From: the human T2T-CHM13v2.0 reference genome, Homo sapiens
DNA: 64,000 nt
Strand: one strand, 5' to 3'
Assembly: GCF_009914755.1 (NCBI RefSeq)
Contig: NC_060934.1
The translations under genes were made by a program, and so were the position numbers. This document shows positions 29,906-45,239 of this stretch, in pieces; position 1 is the stretch's first letter, and each line of letters begins with the position of its first letter. The notes beneath the pieces were generated by a model. The model saw only the letters and a program-made list of their open reading frames with translations. It ran no database searches and was not told the DNA's origin.

Positions 29906-31007
29906 CAACAATGTCTTTTAAAAAATAAAATTGCTCTATGACAGTCCCTTCAAAAATGTAATTAAAAGAAGGATAAAAATGATCACTCTCCCTCTCCACT
30001 CCAGCTATTAAGTCTTCTCATTTTCACTAATCAGCAACAGTAATGCTCCCTATTTACTCCTCCAGTACGGGTCTCAAATTCATATAACTCCAAGCCAGGC
30101 AAGTACCATCAATTAAGCACAGCAAATAAGGGGGGACTATAAACTCCACCTAGGAGCTTACACACCGAGTTTCAACCCCAAAGCTGCTACTACAGTCCAT
30201 CTCTCCATCCTGTTGTTGCTCTGAGAAATGCAGCACTGGCGCTACAAGATATTCCAATTTTTCCTAACAGAAGCCACAAATCCAAAACACACAGAATTTT
30301 CCATTTTTTAAACAGTGCAGGCCAAATTAAAAGTACCTGCAAACTGAATCTGCTTGTCTATATACAATAATACTCCAGGAACACAAGCATCCGTAAGAAT
30401 CTCAAATATTTGACTCCTAAACCCTAAACAGAGCTCCCCACCCAGACACTATTACTCAGACTCCATGTTTAAGATGAATTATCCACGTAGTAAAAGAACA
30501 TTAGTGGTAATCTTTCTCCCTTGAGGATGGATTCTGAGGTTCATTTAAAAAAATATATTGCTATTATAATATACTATTTTAATTAAAAAATCAAACCAAT
30601 TAACATTGAGGTGGATGAATGAAATTCCTAACTTGAATAAATCTGTAAACATATTGTCTACATATTATAATTCATTTTGTAAAATAAAATGTTTTACAAA
30701 CATTGTAAGTTTGTTAACTTGGGTAAAATGAAATGTCAGTCAGCTGGGTCCTTAGAAAGCAACCACTTGAGCAACTTAGCATCTCTAGGTGAAACATCAG
30801 GAACTGGCAGTCCAGAGAGGCTGATTCACTTCAGCAACACGAAAAAGGCAAAATAAATGAAGGGGGAAAGAAGTAATAACAACGTTAACTGGCAAGATAT
30901 TTGTTATGTAATGATTACAAATGCCAAAGGATCGTAAGACTCCATACAATTCTCTTTACTGCTTTAGCTCTACTAAGAAGATTAGATAGCTAAAAAAGAA
31001 TAAACTA

Positions 31008-31122
31008 GGCCGGGCACAGCGGCTCACACATGTAACCCCAGCACTTTGGGAGGCCGAGGTGGGTAGACTGCCTGAAGTCAGGAGTTCGAAACCAGCCTGG
31101 CCAACATGGTGAAACCTGTCTC
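31008..31122 (+). mobile_element. Alu left monomer only
   Basis: Alu sequence stops after ggtgaaacctgtctc. Confidence 0.88.
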
Positions 31123-31361
31123 TTCTATTTGGAAACACAATTCTGCTCAATTAAAAAAGAAATGCCACGTGGGACAGTACCCAAAGATTTAGCCTCATGA
31201 TTTACTTTTAAAAGGATCCTCTAAAATGACCAATTTAAGAAAAAAAAATCAGCTTTATAGTCATACTCTTCTCAAGAGTTCTAGGTTAGTTTGGAAAGAT
31301 ATCCCACATATTTACTATATCGATGGCATGCTTTTAAAAAATAAATCACTTAAGAACAACA

Positions 31362-31366
<5 letters not shown>

Positions 31367-31397
<31 letters not shown>
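31367..31397. repeat. (TG)15 microsatellite
   Basis: Perfect run. Confidence 0.95.
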
Positions 31398-31399
<2 letters not shown>

Positions 31400-31511
31400 A
31401 AAGGTGGCCTGGCCTTATCAGAGCTGCGTTTCAACACTTGAAAGCTGTGTGACTTTAAGCAAGTTATTTAACTACTCCGAGCTCCATTTCCTCATCTGTA
31501 AAAAAAGATGA

Positions 31512-31986
<475 letters not shown>

Positions 31987-32096
31987 TGAGGCAGCCCTTT
32001 TCATCGTCATACTTGCTATTTTCTTCTACTAAGCTAAAACCGGCTTCCTGGCTACTTCAACCCCATCAATCCCATTCTAGTTTAAATCTTACAAAG

Positions 32097-32413
32097 CGCC
32101 GGGCAAGGTGGCTCACACCTGTAATCCCAGCACTTTGGGAGGCTGAGGTGGGAGGATCACTTGAATGAACCCAGGAGTTCCAGACTAGCCTGGGCAACAA
32201 AGCAAGACCTATCTCTACAAAAAAAATTTTTTTTTAATTAGCCAGGAGTGGTGGCACACACCTGTGGTCCTAACTACTTGGAAGGTTGAGATGGGAGGAT
32301 TGCTTGAGCCCAGGAGGTCGAAGCTGCCGTGAGCCATGATCCTGACACTGTACTCCAGCTCTGGGCAACCGAACAAAATCCTGTCTCAACAAACAAACGA
32401 AAAACACAAAAAA
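32097..32413 (+). mobile_element. Alu (AluJ-like)
   Basis: Alu consensus. Confidence 0.93.
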
Positions 32414-33918
32414 ATTACTAAGTATAGCTAATTCAATTCTCACTAGACTCTAAGCTTCCTGAGGGCTGAGTTCAAGTATTGTTCAGTACTGAAATCCCAG
32501 CATCTACAACAAGGATAAGCATATAGCAGGTGTACAATAAACATTTACAGATTGAGTGATATGCTCTGTGCAGCTGACTGAGCATTGAGATGCCATCCAG
32601 TATAAATAGCACAGATGTGCATACTTCTGGAAATGATCATTTAATGCTTCACATTTAGAAGTTGAAATATCATAACCAAATTCATGCTGTTTTTAAAAAA
32701 ATCCCTTCAAAGTGAAAAGCAATTTTGCCATACTTTTAAATGGTTGTTATTCAATGATACAGATAATAGTTTTTCAAAGTAATAAACTTCTCAATGCCTC
32801 CATAACTTATTCATAACTTACTTCAGATTTACCTAAATTCCAAGTCTACATTAAAAAAAAATCTCAAAATGATATGTAATCTCACTGTCATTGGCTAGTC
32901 TACAAATTTCAAAATAATAATCTAGTCAAATTGTATTAACTGAAAGCTATCAGAAAACATCATAATTGAAGTTGTGATAGAATACCAAAATTTCTAGCAA
33001 CTTTTTCTCATGACTTTTTTGGCAACACACTGCTATAAATAAACATCTCTCACTGCTTAAACACTAGAACCGAGTTATAATTTAATCACTGATATTCCAG
33101 AGGTTAAAAGTAGGTTTCATAAAGTATGTTCTACTTCACAGAACCAGAAATCGAACACAGTGAACAACCAGTTCACCACCCTCCGCAAATCTATGGAAAT
33201 ATTTCCATTACAAAGTAAATTTCTCCTGCCACGCAAGTTTTAAACTGTCACTCTGCGCTGTTAGCCTAAACAAAACATAATTGGTAAGGTACATCTGCCA
33301 CATACAGAAGTCAATAATCCATTCCAAACCCAAAATATTTCTGGATTATCTTGCTCCTGAAAATTGACACTGGTAGAAAATTAGTGATCCAGAAATAGGC
33401 AACTTCCACTAAAAGGCAAGTAAAATTAGGTAAGTAAAATACAAGACTGACATAATTTTATAATAAAGGGCAAAATTTTAAAGGCTCAAATGTCTTAGTG
33501 AATACAAAATTAAAGGAGGACCGAAAGAGAAGTTAAAAATTCAGCTTTTTACAAAAGAAAAAGCACCTTCCACTCCACCTCTAGCCCTAAAAAAGTCTTT
33601 CCCCTTCCACTCCTACAATATTAAAACAAAATTTATATACTACTCAAAACTGTATACCACAAAATTTAAGCCATCAGATGCTGGAAGGCTTAAACAAAAT
33701 TAAAATCACTACCTAGCATTAAAATACAATTTGTACAGTGACTTCAGGTCCCTTGAGAGAAGAACTTACAGTCACAGAGAGTAAATGCTTGATGGGCAGA
33801 GTCTGGATCTGTGTTCTACAATCTACCCAAAATGGGCAAATGACATTAATACAAAATGTAAAGTACACTATGTACAGGCTCCCAACTCCTTTCCCATCTG
33901 CTGTGGAAAGTATTCCCG

Positions 33919-34327
<409 letters not shown>

Positions 34328-34796
34328 TTAGCACAGACCTGGGCTATAAGCACACTCTTCACGCGTGTACTGTGTCCAGGAACAATTTCTCAAAGCGGCC
34401 AAGGGGATGCTGCAAAGCCAGTGACGCGGCTGCCCTCAATGCAGCAACCACATAGAGGGAGAGTTTCTCAACAGTCCCAGAAGCGACTCCTGGGGATTAG
34501 GGTAGGCTTCCCTTCCATTTCCAATATGCTGCTTATAAAAGGAGACGATTCTGCCCGCGTTGACAGCACCCTGAGTCCCCATGAACACGCGAAAAGGTTT
34601 CTAGCTCCTATCAATGCCGTTCGGAAGCAAAGCAAGTGTTCACGACTCGCCTTGATCTGGGGCCCTGTCCAGGGTGGGAAGGCCCCAGAAGCAGGCGCCA
34701 GGACAGAAATGAGCCTTTGCCCTTCCCAATCCACGCAGCGTCCCGCCCAGGCCCGGGTTCCCGGCAGCCAGGCCCCCTCCCCGACCTCCAGCTCAC

Positions 34797-35668
34797 CTGA
34801 TCTTGTAATTCGGTAGGGTGTGCTTGCGCTTGATGATCTTCTTGAGCTGGTTGACGATGATGGAGGTGAGCTGGGGCATGGGCCGCCCTTCAAACTGGGA
34901 GCGCACCTCGAAGTCGATCAGCGGGTCTTCCACGAAGGAGAAGAACCAGTGGGTGAAGGGCACGCGCGTAAAGACCAAGCGCAGCCTTCCCACCACGCGG
35001 GACAGCTTGACAAACAAGTAGGCGGACTTGCCGAAGACCAGGTCCACGTCGATGGCCAGGTGGAAGCCCCCGTTGTACTCCACCTCCGCCTCGAAGGCCA
35101 GCTCCTCGGGGCAGGCGGCGGGCAGCGCCTCCCCTTCAGGGCCATCGGGCTCCCCGGTGGCCGAGGGCACGACTGGCCGCACGAGCCGGATGGTCTTGAT
35201 GAAGGGCACCGTCTCGCCCAGGAACACGTCCCGCAGGCTCAGCCCCTCCAGCAGGCGCCCGGCCGTCTTGGTCTGCAGCAGCTCCTCGAACTCCACCTTG
35301 ATCTTCTTGGTGACCCAGCGGCGGGTCAGCGCGGTGTCCCGCAACTCCCGGAACAGGAATAGGATGGTGGCGTTGAGGAAGTAGCAAGTCTCCCGCGTCG
35401 GCGGGGCGGGGGTCTCGGGGGCCGCGGTGGGGGTCGCGCCGCCCTCAGGGGCCGCTCCGGAGGGCTCCTCATCCCGGCCGCCGCCATAAAGGTACTCCCT
35501 TAGGAGCAGGCCCGGCACTGGCTTGATGTAGCGGAAGCCCTCGCCCGCGCGGGCGGCCTCGTCCGCCGGCGGCTCGGGCTGTCTGCGGTACAGCAGGAAG
35601 AACTGGGCGAGGAGCGTGAGGAAGGAACCCAGCACGGCCGACGCCAGGATCATGAGCAGCAGCCCCAT
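34797..35668 (-). CDS. PDZD8: PDZD8 coding exon 1 (codons 1-290 plus 2 nt of Arg291): N-terminal TM anchor and SMP lipid-transfer domain
   Basis: ORF MGLLLMILASAVLGSFLTLLAQFFLLYRR...ETCYFLNATILFLFRELRD...KRKHTLPNYKIR, recognised as the PDZD8 N-terminus. ATG context gggATGG. Donor CAG|GTGAGC at 34797/34796; 872 nt, phase 2. Confidence 0.97.
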
Positions 35669-35760
35669 CCCGCCACCGCCTCCGCCCGGGCCCCTACTCC
35701 CGCGCCCACAGCGCCGCTTTCTTCACGCCGCCGCCCCCGCTGCCTCCATTTTGAGGACAT
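35650..35760 (-). other. Overlapping uORF (36 aa), out of frame with the PDZD8 CDS
   Basis: ATG at 35760 (weak context ccgATGt) reads open to TGA at 35652-35650, inside the CDS. Confidence 0.5.
35723..35749 (-). other. Short uORF MEAAGAAA* in the predicted PDZD8 5'UTR
   Basis: aaaATGG context; TGA at 35725-35723; overlaps a YY1-like CAAAATGGAG. Confidence 0.6.
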
Positions 35761-35932
35761 CGGGCGGCTGGGTCGGGGCGAGCGGCTCCGTGGGCCTCGT
35801 CCAGGGGCTCGGGCCGGCGCGCTGCGGCGCCCGAGCCCGCAGCGGCCCGCGCCTCCTCAGACGCTCCCGAAGGGCCGGTGTGGCGGCGGCGGCAGCGGGG
35901 CCGGGACCGGCGCCTCCCTCAGGCCTCCACTC

Positions 35933-35957
35933 ATTGGACGAGCAGCGCGTGACGTCA
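35933..35957 (-). promoter_or_regulatory. Proximal promoter CCAAT box (35933-35937) and full palindromic CRE TGACGTCA (35950-35957)
   Basis: Exact motif matches 265-290 bp upstream of the ATG, inside the CpG island. Confidence 0.7.
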
Positions 35958-36097
35958 GAGGCGTGCTCGCTCCCGGCGGCGTCGCCCAGCAGTCGGCGCC
36001 CGGGCACGCGGACGCGGGTCCTCCTTTACTTCTCTGCGGCCCTTCCAACCTCGTCCCCCCACGCCAACATTCCAATCCCCGCGGCGCGCGCCGCCAC

Positions 36098-36105
36098 CCA
36101 CGTGG
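36098..36105. promoter_or_regulatory. E-box CCACGTGG (MYC/MAX, USF class)
   Basis: Exact palindrome in the upstream part of the CpG island; function inferred. Confidence 0.4.
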
Positions 36106-37151
36106 CCGTCACTTCTGGAGCTGCGGTCGGGATCTGGGAGGACGGCTGGGGACGCGGGCTGGAGGATAAGGCGGTCCGGCGGAGCGGGCCTGACGCGTTC
36201 CGGATGCCGGCCATCCCGTTATCCTCGGCTGCGCCCATCCCCCGTCTCTGGCCGCAGTCCCCGCGGTTACCTCTGCAGCGGCGTCGCTCATCCTGCGGTG
36301 TGCTTCTTCCACTCGCACCCGTGACAGCCCGGCTGGCAGCGGCGCTTTCCCTGCGGGCAGCACCGCAGACGATCCGAGCGGGCCTTTCGGACGCTTCCCA
36401 AGCCCACGGCGAGAGGGGACCGACTGCCTCAGAGGCAGCCATCGCGGACCTGCCGTCCCCCCGGCAGACGCTCTGCGTCCGCGGAGGGTGGGCCCTGGGA
36501 AGGAGGGACGCAGGGAAAGGGCGCGCCACGCGGAATGACTTTCCCACCGAGGTGGATCTTCGAAATTTCAGGGAGGAGGAAGTTGAAAGAACAGCCAGGA
36601 GGAGAGATGCATAGTGAAACGAGTTTGCCAAGTGATTGGAAGATTAATATGCGACCCGCTGTCAGTCTCTGGTTAAGCCGGTAGTCCATCTATGAGGCAG
36701 TTATTCACTGTTAGCCCCCACCCACTTGACAGATGCCAACACTGGTGCAGAGAGCGTGGGGAGGTTGCGTGGGGCCGCAGAGTGGAGCCTGGTTTATCTA
36801 ACACTAAACCCTAATGTCTTGATCACTACTCTCTGCCCTAACACAGAAACTGCTTCAGTTGTAAGCAGGCCAGTGGGTTCCCTAATGTTCAGGAAGGGAG
36901 AATTGGGGAGGCGGATTAGGGAAGACGGCAAGGAATTTTGCATAGAGTAGCACCTTAACCAAAGCCACGAAGCTAAGCCAGGTTGCCCAGCAACAGCGTT
37001 ACTCCTCCTGCCCTCTGACTACTTAGTGGTTACATCATAAATGCTTATCCCTCCAAGCACGTGGAGTTCCAGTCCTGCAGGAGTCAGATATCCCATACCT
37101 TAAAGGCCGATTCTGGCTGTACCTAAGGAGCCAGGGCAGGGCTCCTCTCTA

Positions 37152-37470
37152 GCCCTTGAAAACCTTCAAGCCGGCCGGGCGTGGTGGCTCACGCCTGTAA
37201 TCCCAGCACTTTGGGAGGCCGAGGCGGGCAGATCACGAGGTCAAGAGATCGAGACCAGCCTGGCCAACATGGTGAAACCCGTCTATACTAAAAATACAAA
37301 AATTAACCGGTCGTGGTGGTGCGCGCCTGTAGTCCCAGCTACTCAGGAGGCTGAGGCAGGAGAATCACTTGAACCCGGTAGGCGGGGGTTGCAGTGAGCC
37401 AAGATCACGCCATTGCACCCCAGCCTGGGCGACAGTGCAAGACCCTGTCTCAAAAAAAAAAAGAAGAAAA
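37152..37470 (+). mobile_element. Alu (AluSc-like)
   Basis: CpG-rich Alu; TSD aaaacct(t/c)caagcc. Confidence 0.95.
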
Positions 37471-38378
37471 CCTCCAAGCCAAGGATTCTCTTAACTGTAG
37501 GTGATTCTACCACAAAAATAGACCTGACCCAGCTGGGACAGGTACAGAACTTCGGAACCAGGCTTATCATGCCTTACCGAATCATGCCCAGATACGAAAC
37601 CAGAATGGCTTTCATTACTATGAAGACATAAGATAGGTGTCTGCTGAGGAACCATGCTCAAACCATGGCCGAGATTTTTCGGAGATCTTGGCAACTTCTG
37701 TTCTCTGGTCCCCTTTGGTTCCTGGCCTCTGCTTCTGGGCTGCTCTCTGGGATCTACACTGTTTCAACTCAAATGAGAAATGTAGACCCTTCTATGATTT
37801 CCACCGTAAACCTATTCATAACATTCATGCACATTGCATATTATAAATGTTACAGAAGCTGGAGGTAGGGTGGCATGAAAGAAGTTATTCACATTCCTGA
37901 AATATAAAACCCTCAAACTGTATATTGATCCATCCCGAGTTGCAAAATATTCTTCACCCACCTCCCTCCTCAACAATGAAAGTTTGTGGTCTTCATGGGA
38001 ATGAGTCCTCAGTCTTCATCTTGCAGACTCCTTTCTTTTCTCTTCTCCTCTCACTTCTGCGCTCCTCAGAATACCTGTGAGAATCTTAAATCTTCTCAGT
38101 TTGTTTTACAGAGTCAGAGTCATTGCATTCCCCAGCAAAACTTGACCCCTTAGGGACACACTTCAAATCCATGAAAGAGCTCAGCAAACCTTTTGGGAAG
38201 AAAAAAGTATTCTCCCTTGTGTGAAACATGACCAACATTGATTAAACACTAATAATAATAATACAGAGAACTGACCATGTGCCAAGCACAGTGTTAAGCA
38301 TGTTATTTAGAAATATTTAAATATTTCAAACATTATTTAGAAATCAAAATATCATGAGTTTTTGTAAAGTCAAATATG

Positions 38379-38714
38379 CAGTCATGCACCATAGAAGGAT
38401 GTTCTTGTTAACGACAGACTGCCTATAGGATGGTGGCCCCATAGGATTATAGTACCGTATTTTTACTATGCCATTTCTGTGTTTAGAGATGTTTTGATAC
38501 ACAGATACCATTGTGTTATGGTTGCCTACAGTATTCAGTACAGCAACGTGCTGTATAGATTTGTAGCCTAGGAACAATAGGCTATACAATATGGCCCAGG
38601 TATGTAGTAGGGTTTCCCATCTAGGTTTGTGTAAGGACACTCTGATGTTCGCACAATGATGAAACTGCCTAAAGATTCACAACTTATGTCTGTTGTTAAG
38701 CCACACTTGACTGT
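38379..38714. mobile_element. Tigger3a/MER7 (Golem)-like DNA transposon
   Basis: TIRs cagtcatgcacc...ccacacttgactg; contains cacagataccattgtgtta...cctacagtattcagtacag. Confidence 0.8.
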
Positions 38715-41352
38715 GTTTGATACTTAAGTTAGGAGATAATGCTCTGGATAATATTGGTGTTAGCATGCCCTTTATTTTATGAAATTATACTATGTTAATA
38801 GAGACGAATTTGTTTTAATGCTATTTTCTGGAAAAGGATAAATTCAGCAACCCCTCCCTTTTTTTCTTATATTAATGCTGGTTCATAGAAACTCAAAAGC
38901 CTGAGAACCACTGGCCCCAGCTCTGAAGATCGATGATTCTGAATAGGTTTTTAAAGGAAGCAGTTGTGCTTAGCCTCCCTGCTGACTTTTTAATGTGTTT
39001 TAAATGACATCATTGAAATTAAGCTGCCCCAACAGCCTTCATGGAAATATCCATTTCAAGGTCGAAGTCAGTTGAATACTGGAAGATGGGTTGCATATAA
39101 GACATTCTCACCAACTAGAGGGATGCATGGACCACTGCTTGACTATGAATCATTCCTGGTGACCGCGAAAAATAATGAGAAAGCCAAACCACGTAAATGT
39201 GCAAAGTTTGTGAGTAGCATGAAAGCAAATTTGATTTTTTGAAAGATGTAAAATAATGCAAATATAGTGAAATATGGTGGGAAACATAGAGTTTATAAGG
39301 TTTGCCTAACAAATGATACATCAACAAACCATTTTGTGAACTGGGAGAATTCAAATTCCACAACTATTTTTTGAGCATCCAACAAGTACTAGGCTCCAGG
39401 GATACTGAATGAACAGGGGCGCTGCGCCCCAGGTGGAAGCAGACACACATCTGCATAACTCTGATGATAGGAGATAGTGCTCTAATAGAGGCACATGCAA
39501 GGTACTATGGGAGCAGAGCCTTCTGGTTCAGGGGCAGTGACAATTGATTGCAAGGAACAGCAACTACCTCAGGCTAACTTACAACTAAAATTGGATTCAC
39601 GTTAAGGATGCTGGAATATCTCCAGGAACTCAGCTGCAAGATGTTCATAGAAATCCTAGAGTAAGAAAACTGTCTCTCACTCTCATTTCCTCTGCCCCCA
39701 CCCCTACCCAGTATCTTATTTCTGCATCTCCCTGCAGGTCTGTGCCATTTTACTCCAGAAGGCTCTTGGTTTCTACTTCCCCATTACCCTCAGCACACAG
39801 GCACTTTGGGAGGCACCAGCTCTCTATCCAGATCTAGAGGGTCCTATGTCTCTGATGGCTAAGGTAGCCTGCAAGCTCAATCTCAAATCCTGGGAGAGAA
39901 ATCTCCAATTGGCTGTGCTACTCCAATAATTTATGACCAAGGAGCTTGCCTCTTCTGGGCTGCTGGTGGGTGGGGCAACTTCTTCAAGGACTGGGAGAGG
40001 ATTGAGAAGACATGATGGGCAATACTAGCTCAATAGGGGATAAGAGATTAATTCTTGCTGGGGAAGGTGGGAGGCTTTTGGGGCAAATGGAATTTGCATT
40101 GGCATTTAATGATTAGAAGGGCATTCTAATCAGAAGGAGACAAAAACTCAGAAGATGGAAACCCGCCAGTTTGGGGAAATTGAGACCAGGATGACTGGAA
40201 GAAGGTAGTACGAATAGGTTGGTGCATCAAGGAGAGAAGGGAGATGGAGGTAGCATAATAAAGTAGACACAAACTAAATTATGGAGAGATTAAATGTCAG
40301 GGCAAGTTTTTATTCTATTTTGCAGTTTTTGTGAAGTCTTCAAAGGTCTTTAAGCTAGAGAATGGCATTAACACTTTTCCTTCCATCTCCACCTGCAAAA
40401 CCTCAACCCTAAATGAATCCAACTATCTACCTCCTCCCCTCTACATTATAAATTTATGGTCTTCGTTCTTATTAAGGCCCTCAAGGAAACCCAGACATTT
40501 TTCTCCACTACCACATTTATCCATTTTTTCTCCATTACCAGCATCTTCTTCCATGTCCCATAACAATGCCATCAAACCTTGACCAGGCTCAGCTCTTTCA
40601 TCATGCTCAGGGGAGGACCCTCCTCCCACTTCAGGGAGAAAAAAAGAGGCCCTTAGGCTGGGCTTTCCTCCGCTGCTTGCTTCCCTGGTCCAAGCTCACC
40701 TGCATGACACTCCCATGTTTTCATGCTTCTCTTCTGTGGCAAAAAACAACCAAAAAACAAAGCAAAAACTTTTTTGTCCAAGGGTAACCCCGATAATCCC
40801 CCTACTTGTGCCATGGATTCCACTCCCCTCCAGGGTCAATCTCCTCTCCCTCAACACATAAACCAGATTCACTCTCCACATCTTAAAAAATGAAAACGAA
40901 ACAAATCCAGAGACCATCTTCCCTTAAGCCTTCCGACTTCCACTCTTTCTTGCCCACAGAGTCAAGCTGTTTAAAAAGAGTACCCAATTCTGTCTGATTG
41001 CTTACTTCCCTTCCATTTACTCCTTAACCCTCCATAATCTGACTTCTGCCTGAACACCTCCCCATCTTGCCAAAGGCCAGCGACTTCTATATGGCCACAA
41101 CCAATAGATGTTTTTGGTTCTTATCAGAGTTCTGAGGAACATCTGACAATACGAGCCATTCCTTCTTTCTTGAAATCCTTCTACTCATTGACACCATGAA
41201 GAGTATCCAGTCAGGTCGAACTTTAAACACATTCTCCCCTTTTTGGTTGTTAGCAAGAGAAATTACCACTCTAAAGTTGCCTGCCACTTCTGTGTCTAGA
41301 GCTAGTGATGTGAAGTTGCCTTGGAGAAAATCTGTGAAGAAATCTCTGGGTA

Positions 41353-41463
41353 TAGGGTGACCAACTGTTCCAGTTTGCCCCAGAATGAGAGGGTTTCTGG
41401 GAGCAAGACTTTCAATGCTAAAATTAGAAGTCCTAGGAAAACTAGGACAAGTTGGCCACCCTA
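41353..41463. mobile_element. MER81 (hAT-Blackjack) MITE
   Basis: TIRs tagggtgaccaac/gttggccacccta; degenerate 8-bp TSD tctgggta/cctgggtg. Confidence 0.8.
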
Positions 41464-41619
41464 CCTGGGTGGTACCTTTAAGAGTGAAAAGAATAGGCAA
41501 GTTGCTTCTTACCCTTCTGGGGAAAGAAAGTAGGCCATGCTGGCCCATACCCTCATATGCATAAGAGCCAAGGGACCGCCTGGGATTAAGGAGATCAAGA
41601 CCCTGACTCCTATCTTTTT

Positions 41620-43345
<1,726 letters not shown>

Positions 43346-44626
43346 TTCTGACTCCTCCCTTTTGAGACTCAGCATTATTGACACATCGCTTATGAGTGGA
43401 AGTGGTCACTAAGGGCCAATGAAAGACTCAATAAATATTTGCTTAATGTCTGAAGAAAGACTCTGACCTGGGGATCCAAGTTCAATACTGTGCCTTGATT
43501 GCTTTGCAGGGAGGCTGGTTCAGGGTACTGGGTATGGTTAATACTGGCCTCCTTCTGGCCTGGTCATCCTGGCACTGTGTGTGTGTACATGTGTGTTGGT
43601 ATGTGTGTATAATATGAGAAAGCCCAGCCAGTTCTGGGGTACAGTAAAGAAAACATGAGACATGCTGTGAGGTGAGGGGAACATTATGAAATCCTCCAGC
43701 CTTAAGGAAGAACAATCAGTTCAAACTTCACTGGCAAATCCTGAACAAGAACTAGCTCTTGGGAAAGGTCAGATAACAGCAACACCCTACAGCACTAGCA
43801 GCAGAGGATGGATGCCTGCACGAGATGTCTGGCTTTGTTGGTAGCAATAAAAGCACAACAGCATTGATGAGCTCCAGGCATCTGGTAGCAAACTGTGTAG
43901 TCCTCCAACCTCAAGGGATCTTAGAAGAGTCTTGGCTTCCATGATAAAGGGAGAGCAAACAGGACCCAATCACTGAATTCAGTTAGCTCCTGAAATTCAT
44001 CCTGGGATAACAGGATGGGTGCTCAGAATAAGAATTATAATATTAAAGGTTATATGACCATATTTATATGAGGTGGTGGGGGCACCATTATTTCCTACTT
44101 TTCATGTTTCTAAGTGAAAGGACCTCAATCGATATAACACTTCTATCCTTTCTCCACTGCCTTGATCTGACTTATCTGATTTGTGGGTTTAGGAGAAAAT
44201 CTGGGCATAAGTGTCTCCGCCCCTTCTGAGCTCTTCTTGAGACAATCTGTCTGCAGGAGGCATGTGTTCTACTCAGCGGTGCCATGTGATAAGGGTAGCT
44301 GTGCCTATGGTTGTTTAGCTTGGCCTGTGCCTGTGCCCGTGAATTTAATTCCAATGTGCATTTTTAAGCTACCTCTGCCAATCAGCCTTAAACTAGTAAT
44401 AAAGCTAACATTTTGAGCTCCCTCTACTTGATGCCCATGCTCACTCTCAATTGGTTCAGAACTCAGCTCAGGAAGAGGAATGCTACTCATTGATTGATCA
44501 CTAAAAATATTTACATTATTTTATACTGTTAAGTGATTAAACATTACTAAAACTCCTGTTTGTTTTGATTTGGTTTCATGGCTTCTATTCCTCTACTAGC
44601 CCATAAAGCATTAAGTGATTCTGTGA

Positions 44627-45104
<478 letters not shown>

Positions 45105-45239
45105 CAGCCATCTTCTTTTTTTACTCTACATCCTTTACCTGGAGGATGACATCCTCTCCAAAGGCTTCAACTCACACTTCTCCAGCCACATCTCTCTCCT
45201 GCCTGCTCCCAAAACATCTCCAACTCAACCTGACTGTTT

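Larger units (their letters stand above)
34690..36540. promoter_or_regulatory. CpG island covering the PDZD8 promoter, 5'UTR and exon 1
   Basis: Abrupt rise in GC and CpG density against an AT-rich, CpG-depleted background. Confidence 0.93.

Noticed and set aside
36072-36105. Possible ER-stress element (CCAAT...CCACG)
   Set aside because: Spacing is 21 nt, not the 9 nt required for ERSE; no ERSE-II match either
35616-36614. 332-aa plus-strand ORF and other long ORFs across the CpG island (36026-36631, 34820-35362, 34310-34816)
   Set aside because: Mostly non-ATG starts, low-complexity Ala/Arg/Pro/Gly content and no recognisable domain; expected from stop-codon scarcity in GC-rich DNA or as antisense shadows of the PDZD8 CDS
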